Source of the DNA: an uncultured Rhizobium sp.
GTDB taxonomy: Bacteria; Pseudomonadota; Alphaproteobacteria; Rickettsiales; UBA1997
Length of the DNA: 64,000 nucleotides
Assembly (NCBI GenBank): GCA_964447395.1
Contig: CAYUSO010000001.1
Coordinates: 73,003-137,002, forward strand
Direction of reading: 5' to 3'
Made by a program: the position numbers and the translations under genes. How positions within the stretch are numbered: the first letter of the stretch is position 1; each line of letters starts with the position of its first letter. The notes under the pieces were generated by a model that was not told where the DNA came from, ran no database searches, and was given only the letters and a program-made list of their open reading frames with translations. Positions 1-9,536 of the stretch are shown in pieces.

Positions 1-1
1 T

Positions 2-691
2 TTTGGTCTCGCCGCCTCAATAATTTCAGGTGTTGGCGAAGTTGTAGAAAAATTCGGTCGCGTAATCGTGCTTGAAGATGATATGATCACCTCGCGATAT
101 TTTCTAAAATTCATGAATGAGGCGCTTGATCTTTATGAAAATGAAGAAGCGGTGATTAGCATTCACGGCTATATTTATCCTGTCGCCAAGCCACTTCCCG
201 AAACTTTTTTCATTCGCGGCGCAGATTGCTGGGGCTGGGCAACTTGGAAACGCGGTTGGGATATTTTTGAAAAAAACGGCGCAAAACTTCTCGCTGAATT
301 ACAACAAAAAAATCTCACCAAAAAATTCGATTTCGACGGCACTTATCCCTATACCAGAATGCTCGAAGATCAAATCTCCGGCAAAAATAATTCTTGGGCA
401 ATTAGATGGTATGCCTCAGCTTTTTTGGCAGAAAAACTCACGCTTTATCCAGGAAAATCCTTGGTACAAAATATCGGAATTGACGGCTCTGGCACTCATT
501 GCGCAGACATTAGCCAGTTTGATGTTGAGCTATTTAATGAAAAAATTTTAATCAAAAAAATTTCCATCACTGAAGATGAAAAAGCGCGAGAAGAAATAAA
601 AAAATTCTTCAAACCAAAAAGAAGTTTTGTTGAAAAATGGCGCCATAAAATTTCTAAAAAAATCAAAAAAATAAAAGCAGCGCGCAACTAA
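2..691 (+). CDS. glycosyltransferase, GT-A/GT2-like (5' end outside window)
   Basis: The frame is open from nt 2, with no stop before the GTG at 68, so the gene begins upstream of the window. The translation has VIVLEDDM (DXD-type), HGYIYP and CWGWATWKRGW. It lies in a sugar-nucleotide/glycan cluster. Confidence 0.6.
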   Translation, partial: FGLAASIISGVGEVVEKFGRVIVLEDDMITSRYFLKFMNEALDLYENEEAVISIHGYIYPVAKPLPETFFIRGADCWGWATWKRGWDIFEKNGAKLLAELQQKNLTKKFDFDGTYPYTRMLEDQISGKNNSWAIRWYASAFLAEKLTLYPGKSLVQNIGIDGSGTHCADISQFDVELFNEKILIKKISITEDEKAREEIKKFFKPKRSFVEKWRHKISKKIKKIKAARN

Positions 692-706
692 AATCCAATT
701 TTTCTG

Positions 707-1654
707 ATGATTAATTTCTGCACTCTCTTCGATTCCAACTATATGGCTTATGGCTTGACGATGTATGAATCGCTAAAAAAGAATTGTGCTGATTTTCATC
801 TCTATATTTTTGCTTTTGATGATAAAGCCGATCAGGCCTTGAGAAACATGACTTTGGAGCATGTGACAATAATTTCTCTGCAAGAGTTTGAAGATTCAGA
901 ATTGCTCAAAATTAAACCAAGCAGAAGCAAGGGTGAATATTGCTGGACCTGCACACCATCAATAATTTTTTATGTTTTGCGAAACTTTGCCGTGCCAAGC
1001 TGTACCTATCTCGACGCTGATCTTTATTTTTTTTCTGACCCAAAAATTTTAATTGAAGAGATGGGAGAAAAATCAGTTTCGATCATTTCTCATCGCTACA
1101 CGCCGCAATATGATCAAAGCGAAATTTCGGGAAAATATTGCGTACAATTCATGACTTTTAAAAATGACGAAAAGGGCTTAGAAGTGCTTAAATGGTGGCG
1201 TGATCGTTGCATCGAATGGTGTTTTGGCGAGCCGGAAAATGGAAAATTCGGCGATCAAAAATATCTCGATGATTGGTTAACGCGTTTTAATTGCGTTCAT
1301 GAATTAGAAAATCTCGGCGGCGGCGTTGCGCCATGGAACCTACAACAATATGACTTCGCAGCTGATGCTGAAAAAATTTTTGGCATCGAAAAAAAATCTG
1401 GCCAAAAATTTCCGCTGATTTTTTTCCATTTTCACGGCTTCAAAATTTTAAGTGAAAAACAAATTAAGCTCACCGGTGCTTACAAAATTTCAGTTAATGC
1501 GAGAAATTTTATTTACGCTAGATACGCTAAACACATGCTCTCACACCATTTGCCAAAAATTTCTTTCGGAAAAAATTCTTTTCTCAAAAAAATTTTTTCA
1601 CTTCTTCCTCACCGCAAAAATAACAAAATTAATATTCAAACATGGCTTATTTAA
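707..1654 (+). CDS. glycosyltransferase-like protein (nucleotide-diphospho-sugar transferase, GT8-like)
   Basis: 315-aa ORF starting 16 nt after the upstream GT. Motifs are FDSNY, YLDADLYFF (DXD) and GDQKYLDDW. Confidence 0.5.
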   Translation: MINFCTLFDSNYMAYGLTMYESLKKNCADFHLYIFAFDDKADQALRNMTLEHVTIISLQEFEDSELLKIKPSRSKGEYCWTCTPSIIFYVLRNFAVPSCTYLDADLYFFSDPKILIEEMGEKSVSIISHRYTPQYDQSEISGKYCVQFMTFKNDEKGLEVLKWWRDRCIEWCFGEPENGKFGDQKYLDDWLTRFNCVHELENLGGGVAPWNLQQYDFAADAEKIFGIEKKSGQKFPLIFFHFHGFKILSEKQIKLTGAYKISVNARNFIYARYAKHMLSHHLPKISFGKNSFLKKIFSLLPHRKNNKINIQTWLI

Positions 1655-2010
1655 TCGAACTAAAAACTTTTTCAGATAATCGTGGAAGCCTTACGGTTCT
1701 TGAGGACAAGCAACTTCCGTTCAAAATAAAAAGAAGTTTTTACATTCACGGTGTCAAGAAAGGCGAGATTCGCGGCAAACATCGTCATAAAAAAGCCATT
1801 CAGGCAATGCTCTGCCTCGAAGGAAGTTGCGAGGTTTATAATCACGATGGCAAGAAAGAAGAATGGTTTGTTTTAGACAGCCCAAACAAGTGTTTGATCT
1901 TAGAGCCACAAGACTGGCACTATATGAAAGACTTTTCCGATCACAGCGTTTTGAATGTGTTATCGTCAGAATATTTTGATGTCGCTGATTACATCTACGA
2001 GCCTTACTAA
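1642..2010 (+). CDS. dTDP-4-keto-6-deoxyhexose 3,4-isomerase (FdtA/WxcM-like cupin)
   Basis: 122-aa small cupin with [19 protein letters not shown] and EPQDWH. It overlaps the upstream GT by 13 nt and is adjacent to a DegT aminotransferase and RfbA. Confidence 0.6.
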   Translation: MAYLIELKTFSDNRGSLTVLEDKQLPFKIKRSFYIHGVKKGEIRGKHRHKKAIQAMLCLEGSCEVYNHDGKKEEWFVLDSPNKCLILEPQDWHYMKDFSDHSVLNVLSSEYFDVADYIYEPY

Positions 2011-3092
2011 AACTTATTCATTACTTCACAAACGCGCTCTACATCTGACTTAGTGTGAAAATATGAAATCGGCAAACTCAAAGTTGTGGCGTGAATTTCT
2101 TCAGAAATCGGAAATGATTCGTTGGCCAAAACATGTGCCATCGCCTTTTGTTTATTGGGTGCGACTGGATAGTGAATTTCAGTTTTTATTCCACTAGCTA
2201 GTAAAAATTCTTTGAGCTGATCGCGTTTTCTGTGACGAATGTTAAAAATATGAAAAACATCGAAATACTCTGGATGCTGCACTGGCTTGATGAAATCGCC
2301 CTTCAAGTTTTCAAAATAAATTTTTGCTAATTCATTTTTGTGCGAATTTATTTCGTGAAGTTTTTTTAATTTTACCGAAAGAAATCCGGCTTGAACCTCG
2401 TCGAGCCTAGAGTTGTAGCCCACCACTTCATTGTGATATTTTATTTTTGATCCGTAATTGCGCAGCATTTTTATTTTCTCGGCGAGTTTTTCGTCGTTAG
2501 TTGTGACTGCTCCAGCATCGCCCAAAGCGCCGAGATTCTTGGTTGGATAAAAACTGAAAGCGCCAAAATCTCCGAAAGTTCCGGCCATTTTTCCGCGATA
2601 TTTTGCACCGTGAGCTTGCGCCGTATCCTCGATTAATTTCAAATTATGTTGTTGACACAAATCCACGATTGGCGCCATCTCGCAGCATTTTCCGTAAAGA
2701 TGAACCACCATGATGGCACGGGTTTTTTTGGTGATTTTTTCAGCAATTTTTTTGGGATCGATATTGTAAGTCGCAATATCCGGCTCGACTAAAACTGGCT
2801 TTAAACCATTTTGCAAAATCGCCAGAATTGTCGCGATGTAAGTGTTTGACGGCACAATCACTTCGTCACCTTTTTCAAATTCAAAAGCGGCAAGAGCAAG
2901 AATCAGCGCATCCAATCCTGAAGCGACTCCAACGCAATTTTTGGTGCTGCAAAAATTAGCAAATTCCTGCTCAAATTTTTCAACATTTTTACCTAAAATA
3001 TACCAACCAGACTCGGCGGTTTGCGCGAAGGATTTTTTATAATCTTCGAAGAAAGATTGGTTGAGTTTGGCGAGATTTTCGTAGTCGATCAT
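2007..3092 (-). CDS. DegT/DnrJ/EryC1/StrS-family PLP sugar aminotransferase
   Basis: 361 aa with [31 protein letters not shown] (PLP-lysine region) and NSRLDEVQA. It has a 4-nt overlap with rfbA. Confidence 0.85.
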   Translation of the reverse strand: MIDYENLAKLNQSFFEDYKKSFAQTAESGWYILGKNVEKFEQEFANFCSTKNCVGVASGLDALILALAAFEFEKGDEVIVPSNTYIATILAILQNGLKPVLVEPDIATYNIDPKKIAEKITKKTRAIMVVHLYGKCCEMAPIVDLCQQHNLKLIEDTAQAHGAKYRGKMAGTFGDFGAFSFYPTKNLGALGDAGAVTTNDEKLAEKIKMLRNYGSKIKYHNEVVGYNSRLDEVQAGFLSVKLKKLHEINSHKNELAKIYFENLKGDFIKPVQHPEYFDVFHIFNIRHRKRDQLKEFLLASGIKTEIHYPVAPNKQKAMAHVLANESFPISEEIHATTLSLPISYFHTKSDVERVCEVMNKF

Positions 3093-3973
3093 TTTGTAAT
3101 TTGCTCCAAATATGCCCGATATGCCGAGCCTTTTTTAAACTTTGCCCGCAATGCAATAAGCTGGTTTTCATCAATAAAACCCTTGCGGAAAGCCATTTCT
3201 TCGATGCAGGCAATTTTCAAACCCTGACGCTTTTCGATAGTGTGAATAAATTGCGAAGCCTCGAGAAGTGAATCTGGCGTTCCAGCGTCAAGCCAGGCAA
3301 ATCCTCGTTTCAAGCTGATGACGCCAAGTTTTTTTTGTTTTAAATAAGCATTGTTAACTTCGGTGATTTCAAGTTCGCCGCGCGCTGAAGGTTTTATTTT
3401 TTTTGTAATCGCAACCACGCTGGAATCGTAAATGTAAAGCCCAGTCGCCGCCCAATTTGATTTAGGATTTTTTGGTTTTTCTTCGATGGAAATTACTTTT
3501 TCTTCTTTTTCATCAAACTCGATGACGCCATATCTTTCAGGGTCGGAGACGTGATAAGAAAAAACAAAAGCACCGATTTTTTTTGATTCGATTTGATCAA
3601 TTTTTTGCTGCAAATTTTCGCGACTAATTTCTGCGCCGTAAAAAATATTATCGCCCAAAATCAAACAAACGCTGCTCGCGCCGATAAATTTTTCTCCGAT
3701 TAAAAATGCTTCGGCAATTCCTTTTGCTTCTGCTTGAACTGCGTATGAAAGCTTGATTCCGTAGGATGAACCGTTGCCCAAAAATTTCTCGATATTGGGA
3801 GTATCTTGCGGAGTTGAAATGATGAGAATGTCTTTGATGCCAAGATTCATCAGCGTTGCCAAGGGGTAGCAGATCATTGGCTTGTCATAAACTGGAAGAA
3901 GTTGCTTGCTGATCACATTGGTCAAGGGAGCAAGTCTGGTGCCGTTTCCGCCAGCTAAAATTATGCCTTTCAT
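3089..3973 (-). CDS. rfbA: glucose-1-phosphate thymidylyltransferase
   Basis: 294 aa. The N-terminus is [18 protein letters not shown], with LGDNIFYG and [11 protein letters not shown]. Confidence 0.9.
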   Translation of the reverse strand: MKGIILAGGNGTRLAPLTNVISKQLLPVYDKPMICYPLATLMNLGIKDILIISTPQDTPNIEKFLGNGSSYGIKLSYAVQAEAKGIAEAFLIGEKFIGASSVCLILGDNIFYGAEISRENLQQKIDQIESKKIGAFVFSYHVSDPERYGVIEFDEKEEKVISIEEKPKNPKSNWAATGLYIYDSSVVAITKKIKPSARGELEITEVNNAYLKQKKLGVISLKRGFAWLDAGTPDSLLEASQFIHTIEKRQGLKIACIEEMAFRKGFIDENQLIALRAKFKKGSAYRAYLEQITK

Positions 3974-3985
3974 GGGAAAAAAATA

Positions 3986-4054
3986 AGCTCCCCGAGCGAA
4001 GTCGAGGTGTTTGGTAAATAAAATTACGAATCCCTCGACTTCGCTCGGGGAGCT
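3986..4054. repeat. REP-A palindromic element (CCCCGAGCGnAGTCGAGG family)
   Basis: AGCTCCCCGAGCGAAGTCGAGG ... CCCTCGACTTCGCTCGGGGAGCT inverted arms around a 25-nt loop. It is intergenic, between the argB 3' end and the rfbA start. Confidence 0.9.
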
Positions 4055-4071
4055 TAAAACCTGTTTAAAAT

Positions 4072-5037
4072 TTAAAGAATCATTGTTCCGGCGCCGCTTT
4101 CGGTAAAGATTTCCATGAGCAGAATATTATCGACCGCGCCGTTTAGAATATGGGCGTAGCTCACGCCTTTTTCCAAAGCATGAATGCAAGTTTCAATTTT
4201 CGGAATCATGCCGCCAGTAATGACGCCATCAACAATCATTTGCTTTGCTGTTGCAATATTGAGATGGCTCACCAACTCGCCATTTGGCAACATCACGCCG
4301 TCAACATCGGAAAGCACAATCAACTTCGAAGCGTTAAGCGCTGCAGCTATCGCGCCCGCAGCGGTATCGGCGTTAATGTTAAAAGTTTCACCATTGTCGC
4401 CAATTCCGATTGGTGCGATTACGGGAATAATGTCGGAGTCTTCAAACAATGATAAAATCTCCGGATCAACTTGGTAAGGCTCGCCAACAAAACCGAGATT
4501 AAGAATTTTTTCGATATTGGAGTGCGGATCTTTTTTAGTTTTTGTTGCCCTCTTGGCACGAATTAAATTGCCATCTTTACCGCAAATTCCCACAGCCTTT
4601 CCCGCTGCTGCATTGATTTCTTTGACGATCATTTTGTTGATTGAACCCGCCAAAACCATTTCAACAATTTCGACAGAATCAGCATCTGTCACACGCAAAC
4701 CATCAACAAATTCTGATTTGATATTTAGCTTTGATAGCATTTGACCAATTTGCGGCCCACCGCCGTGAACCACGATTGGATTGATTCCAACCTGTTTCAA
4801 CAAAACCACATTTTTGGCAAAGTTTTTGAGATTTTTATCGCCACCCATTGCTGATCCACCGAATTTTATCACAAAAGTTTCGCCGGCAAATTTGCGCATG
4901 TAAGGCAGAGCTTCGCATAAAATTTCTGCTTTATGCGCCCATTCCTGACGATCTTTTTCTTTTTGCAGCGCGATATTTTTTAGCGGCAAAACTTCGCCTT
5001 CTTTTTTCTTGTCATTGAAGCTGATGATGTTGGTCAT
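4072..5037 (-). CDS. argB: acetylglutamate kinase
   Basis: 321 aa with [33 protein letters not shown] and [12 protein letters not shown]. Confidence 0.9.
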   Translation of the reverse strand: MTNIISFNDKKKEGEVLPLKNIALQKEKDRQEWAHKAEILCEALPYMRKFAGETFVIKFGGSAMGGDKNLKNFAKNVVLLKQVGINPIVVHGGGPQIGQMLSKLNIKSEFVDGLRVTDADSVEIVEMVLAGSINKMIVKEINAAAGKAVGICGKDGNLIRAKRATKTKKDPHSNIEKILNLGFVGEPYQVDPEILSLFEDSDIIPVIAPIGIGDNGETFNINADTAAGAIAAALNASKLIVLSDVDGVMLPNGELVSHLNIATAKQMIVDGVITGGMIPKIETCIHALEKGVSYAHILNGAVDNILLMEIFTESGAGTMIL

Positions 5038-5092
5038 TGATTTGTCGAAATAAGGTTTGAGGAAAGCGCGCAGGTAAAATTAATAAGTCATT

Positions 5093-5713
5093 TCAAGCAA
5101 GAAAATCTTTCATGGAAATCGCATCAATTTTGCTAAAATTTTTGATGGTTTTTATCAAATCTTTCATACTGGTTTTTGAAGGAGAAATCTCGCTAATGAT
5201 GATTTTTTCTACCGCGATTTTTCTGCTTTTTAGCGCCACAACAGCGCAAAGCGTTTGACTGATTGATCCCAAATAATTTGAGCTCACCAACAAAACCGGA
5301 ATTTTTAATTCAGCCGCTAAGTCTAAAAAAGTTTTTTGATCTGTAAGCGGCGTCATCACGCCACCAGCAGCTTCGATGAAAATATGGCAATTTTGTTTTT
5401 TTGCCGCGGCGATGTTTTTTCGGCAGAAATTTTTCAGTTCGGAAAAATCAATTTTGCCAGCGAAATGTGGTGAAACTGGTTTTGCAAAACGCCAAGGCGA
5501 AATTTTGTCGAGATTTTTTTTGGAAATTTTTTTGCCAAAAGCTGCTAAAATTTTTGCCGAATCAGAGTTTTTATCATCATCATGAATTCCACTTACAACT
5601 GGCTTGACAGCGAGTGAATGCGGAAAAATTCGGCATAATTTTTCCATCAAAAAAGTTTTTCCAACTTCGGTATTTATTCCAAGAATTAGGTAAGATTTTT
5701 TCTTCAGAATCAT
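5093..5713 (-). CDS. bioD: dethiobiotin synthase-like P-loop protein
   Basis: GINTEVGKT P-loop and EAAGGVMTPL. The start was moved to the internal ATG (MILKKKSYLILG) at 5713, which shares one nt with the TAA of the upstream gene (TAATG). Confidence 0.6.
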   Translation of the reverse strand: MILKKKSYLILGINTEVGKTFLMEKLCRIFPHSLAVKPVVSGIHDDDKNSDSAKILAAFGKKISKKNLDKISPWRFAKPVSPHFAGKIDFSELKNFCRKNIAAAKKQNCHIFIEAAGGVMTPLTDQKTFLDLAAELKIPVLLVSSNYLGSISQTLCAVVALKSRKIAVEKIIISEISPSKTSMKDLIKTIKNFSKIDAISMKDFLA

Positions 5714-6909
5714 TATCTGATTTTTGAAAATGTGCCGTAAATCGGACCGAAAACTGCGATTGTAATCCAAGCTATCATCCCACCCATAACCATTGTGATT
5801 GTAGGCTGAATCATGCCTACCAACCTATCAATCGAATCGTTAATTTCACGATCGTAGAAAAATTTAATATTGAGCAACGCGCTTTCCATATTGCCGCTTT
5901 CTTCGCCGATTTTGAACATACGAATCACCATGTTGGGAAAATATCCGCAAAGCGAAATTGATTTTGCCAAGGATTGACCATCGGAAACTTGCTGCTTAAC
6001 GATGATAATGCTGCGCTTGATTGCTCTGTTTTTGATCACGCCACTTGAGGCTTCCAGACATTCCAAAACACCCAGGCCACTTTTGAAAGTCATGGAAAAA
6101 AACTGACAAAATTTCGCTGAATCAATCTTGGTCATGATTGGCCCGATGATTGGAATTTTTAGTTTAAAATCATCGATGCGCACTGCCATCTCTTCGGAAC
6201 GCGAAAGAAGTTTCATCAAAAACCAAATCGTCGGAGCAGAAAAAACTATGAAATACCAATAGTTTTTCATGAAGTTGGAGAAGTTGATCAAAGCCACGGT
6301 TACCATTGGCAGAGCAATGTCTTGCGTGGTTAAAAATGCCGTCACTTTCGGCACAACAATTCCCGTCATCACGCCCATCACCACAAACATCATCAACAAT
6401 CCAAACATTGGTCCGGTGGTGGCTTTCTTGGTTTTGCGCTTGATATCCATATTCCACTTAATGTCTTCGATGATGCTGGAGAAGGCGTTGGCGAGGTTTC
6501 CAGTTTTTTCACCCATCGCGATAAGACCAACGTAAGTTTTGTTAAAAATATCAGGATGTTTGGCCAAACTTTCAGAAAAAAGGCTGCCGTTTTTGATCGA
6601 TTCATGAACCTCATGCATGAGGATTTTAACGCGCTGCGAATCGGCAGTCTCTTTGAGATCGTTGATAGATTCGATGATAGTGACACCAGCTTTCTCGAGC
6701 TGCTCCAAATGCACAAAAATCGCCACCAAATCTCGCGGCTTAACACGATCAAAAAAACTTGCCGCCGACTGCTTTTCTTCCTTAAAAGAAATTAGCTCCA
6801 ACTGACTTCCGCGCAGCAAAGTTGCGAGATCCGCAGGATTTTCTGCAGACATTTTTCCGTTGACGTAAGCGCCGTTTTCATTGATTGCCTTGTAGCGATA
6901 ATGCAGCAT
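5713..6909 (-). CDS. type II secretion / type IV pilus platform protein (GspF/PilC family)
   Basis: 398 aa. Two T2SSF-like halves carry three hydrophobic segments. The N-terminus is YRYKAINENGAYVNGKMSAENPADL, and GESGNMESAL is present. Confidence 0.75.
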   Translation of the reverse strand: MLHYRYKAINENGAYVNGKMSAENPADLATLLRGSQLELISFKEEKQSAASFFDRVKPRDLVAIFVHLEQLEKAGVTIIESINDLKETADSQRVKILMHEVHESIKNGSLFSESLAKHPDIFNKTYVGLIAMGEKTGNLANAFSSIIEDIKWNMDIKRKTKKATTGPMFGLLMMFVVMGVMTGIVVPKVTAFLTTQDIALPMVTVALINFSNFMKNYWYFIVFSAPTIWFLMKLLSRSEEMAVRIDDFKLKIPIIGPIMTKIDSAKFCQFFSMTFKSGLGVLECLEASSGVIKNRAIKRSIIIVKQQVSDGQSLAKSISLCGYFPNMVIRMFKIGEESGNMESALLNIKFFYDREINDSIDRLVGMIQPTITMVMGGMIAWITIAVFGPIYGTFSKIR

Positions 6910-7009
6910 TAGCGTTGAAGTTTTTTTATTAATTCAAATTTAACTGCGTTAAATTTGAGGTGAGTTGAGTTGCTGCACGCGGAGTAAATCCGCGCCTTCG
7001 CAACCGGTT

Positions 7010-7564
7010 TTATTTTCTCAACTTCCTCATTTTATTGAGAATCATTTCACGTTTTAATTTGGAGATGTGATCGACAAAAGTGATGCCGTTTAAGTGGTCG
7101 ATTTCGTGTTGAATGCAGATGGCAAGCAATCCGCTCATTTCTTCGATTTGTTCTTTCCCGTGAAAATCGAGATATTTCACTTTCACTTTTTGCGGACGAA
7201 CCACTTCTGAACGCGCGCCAGGAAAGGAAAGGCAGCCTTCGTTGTAGGAATTATTTTCTTTGGAAAATTCGATAATTTCAGGATTTACGAAAAAACGCGG
7301 ATTAGTGTTGGTGACATGAACTCCACCACATTCGCCGTGATGGTGATGGTGATCGTGATCTTCGATTTTGTAATCAACATCAATCACCAAAATTCTTTTT
7401 AAAACTCCGACTTGTACCGCCGCCAAGCCAACTCCGCTTTCAGAATACATGGTTTGAACCATGTCTTTCATAAGTTGGCGCAATGACTCGTCGATTTTTT
7501 CAACCGGCGCAGAGATTTTTTTTAGCAGTGGATTGGGGGCGAGAATGAGGGGGAGAATTTTCAT
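7010..7564 (-). CDS. def: peptide deformylase with His-rich insertion
   Basis: GVGLAAVQVG, EGCLSFPG and HEIDHLNG motifs, plus the insert EDHDHHHHHGECGG. Confidence 0.9.
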   Translation of the reverse strand: MKILPLILAPNPLLKKISAPVEKIDESLRQLMKDMVQTMYSESGVGLAAVQVGVLKRILVIDVDYKIEDHDHHHHHGECGGVHVTNTNPRFFVNPEIIEFSKENNSYNEGCLSFPGARSEVVRPQKVKVKYLDFHGKEQIEEMSGLLAICIQHEIDHLNGITFVDHISKLKREMILNKMRKLRK

Positions 7565-7580
7565 TTTATACGATTGATTT

Positions 7581-7691
7581 AGTTCCCCGAGCGGAGTCGA
7601 GGGGTTGGTAAGACAAGTTCAAAACTGAACATGTCAATGCTGAAAATAGCCATTCAGGCTATTTTGCCCCCTCGACTTCGCTCGGGGAACT
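7581..7691. repeat. REP-A palindromic element
   Basis: AGTTCCCCGAGCGGAGTCGAGGGG ... CCCCCTCGACTTCGCTCGGGGAACT arms around a 60-nt loop, between the purN 3' end and the def start. Confidence 0.9.
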
Positions 7692-8284
7692 TAAAACTTT
7701 TTGCAAACAATTTTTAGGGCTTCTGGATAAATTCGATGTTCTTCTTTCAGAATTTTGGCTGCAAGAGATTCTTTGTCATCACTTGCCAGCACTGGAACGG
7801 AGGCTTGTAAAATTATCGGCCCAGAATCCATTTCTTCACGCACAAAATGAACTGTACAGCCAGAAATTTTCGCGCCGGCTTTGATGGCATCAGAAACCGC
7901 ATCAGCGCCTTTAAATTCTGGCAAGAGCGATGGATGGATGTTGATTAGACGATCAAACCAGCGATTTACAAACCAGCCTGAAAGCAAGCGCATAAAGCCG
8001 GCAAGGCATATAAGCTGCGCGCCAGATTTTTCAATTTCCTCGCTCATTTTTTTATCAAACTCTTCGCGCGGATTTTGCGCCGCCGAAAAATTTTTGTGAT
8101 CAATTATCGCGGTTTTGATTCCCTTTTTTCGCGCAAATTCCAAACCAACAGCATCTTTTTTATTCGACAAAATCAAAACAACTTCCGCCGGAAAATCAGC
8201 TTTCTCGCAAGCCTCTACAAGAGCTCGCATATTGCTTCCGCGACCAGAAATTAAAATTGCGATTTTAACTTTTTTCTCAGTCAT
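7691..8284 (-). CDS. purN: phosphoribosylglycinamide formyltransferase
   Basis: 197 aa with KIAILISGRGSNMRAL, NIHPSLLPEFKG and MDSGPII. Confidence 0.9.
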   Translation of the reverse strand: MTEKKVKIAILISGRGSNMRALVEACEKADFPAEVVLILSNKKDAVGLEFARKKGIKTAIIDHKNFSAAQNPREEFDKKMSEEIEKSGAQLICLAGFMRLLSGWFVNRWFDRLINIHPSLLPEFKGADAVSDAIKAGAKISGCTVHFVREEMDSGPIILQASVPVLASDDKESLAAKILKEEHRIYPEALKIVCKKF

Positions 8285-8289
8285 TTAGA

Positions 8290-9507
8290 TTATTTTTTCG
8301 ATCTAGCCCGCGCACCAATCCTCAATCTAAGTGCGTTTAATTTAATAAACCCCGCCGCGTCTTTTTGGTCGTAAACGGAATCTTCTTCGAAGGTAACGTG
8401 AGCTTCGGAATATAGGCTTTTGGCGGATTCGCGGCCCATCACGTAAACCGTGCCTTTGTAGAGTTTCAAACGCACTTTTCCTTCAACATTTTCTTGCGAT
8501 TTGTCGATTAGAGCCTGAAGCATTTCGCGTTCCGGCGAAAACCAAAAGCCGTTGTAAATCAAGCTGGCGTAGCGCGGCATGAGTTCGTCTTTCAAATGCG
8601 CAGCTTCGCGATCAAGCGTGATTGATTCGATGGCGCGATGGGCGGTTAGCAAAATTGTGCCGCCAGGAGTTTCGTAAACGCCGCGTGATTTCATGCCGAC
8701 AAAACGATTTTCAACCAAGTCTAAACGGCCGATGCCATTGGCTCCGCCTAGTTCGTTTAATTTTGTTAAAATCGTTGCTGGCGACATTTTTTTGCCATCA
8801 AGCGCAATTGCATCGCCATTTTTAAATTCGATTTCGATGGTGGTTGGTTGATCTGGCGCAGCTTCTGGCGCAACTGTGCGCTGATAAACCAACTCTGGCG
8901 CTGGCTTGGCTGGATCTTCCAAAATTTTTCCTTCTGACGAAGTGTGCAGCAAATTCGCATCCACCGAAAATGGCGCTTCGCCGCGCTTATCTTTCGCGAC
9001 AGGAATTTGATTTTTTTCGGCGTAATCAATCAGCTTAGTGCGCGAGGTTAAATCCCACTCCCGCCAAGGCGCGATGATTTTGATGTCAGGTTTGTTGGCA
9101 TAGTAAGAAAGCTCGAAACGCACTTGATCATTACCCTTTCCAGTTGCGCCGTGGGCGACTGCATCGGCTCCAACTTGTTTAGCAATTTCGATTTGTCTTT
9201 TGGCGATTAGCGGACGCGCGATTGAAGTTCCAAGCAAGTAAACGCCTTCATAAAGCGCATTGGCGCGAAACATTGGAAAGACGTAATCGCGGACAAATTC
9301 CTCGCGCAAATCTTCGATGAAAATTTCCTTCACGCCTAGCATTTGCGCCTTTTTGCGAGCTGGCTCAAGCTCTTCGCCCTGCCCTAAATCTGCCGTAAAA
9401 GTGACAACTTCGCAGCCATAATTTTCCTGCAACCATTTGAGAATAACTGAGGTGTCAAGCCCGCCAGAGTAAGCGAGAACGACTTTTTTGATTTTTGATT
9501 TAGTCAT
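8290..9507 (-). CDS. argG: argininosuccinate synthase
   Basis: 405 aa with [28 protein letters not shown] and [19 protein letters not shown]. Confidence 0.95.
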   Translation of the reverse strand: MTKSKIKKVVLAYSGGLDTSVILKWLQENYGCEVVTFTADLGQGEELEPARKKAQMLGVKEIFIEDLREEFVRDYVFPMFRANALYEGVYLLGTSIARPLIAKRQIEIAKQVGADAVAHGATGKGNDQVRFELSYYANKPDIKIIAPWREWDLTSRTKLIDYAEKNQIPVAKDKRGEAPFSVDANLLHTSSEGKILEDPAKPAPELVYQRTVAPEAAPDQPTTIEIEFKNGDAIALDGKKMSPATILTKLNELGGANGIGRLDLVENRFVGMKSRGVYETPGGTILLTAHRAIESITLDREAAHLKDELMPRYASLIYNGFWFSPEREMLQALIDKSQENVEGKVRLKLYKGTVYVMGRESAKSLYSEAHVTFEEDSVYDQKDAAGFIKLNALRLRIGARARSKK

Positions 9508-9536
9508 AAATTTTTTTGAAAATTTTTAAGATTTTT

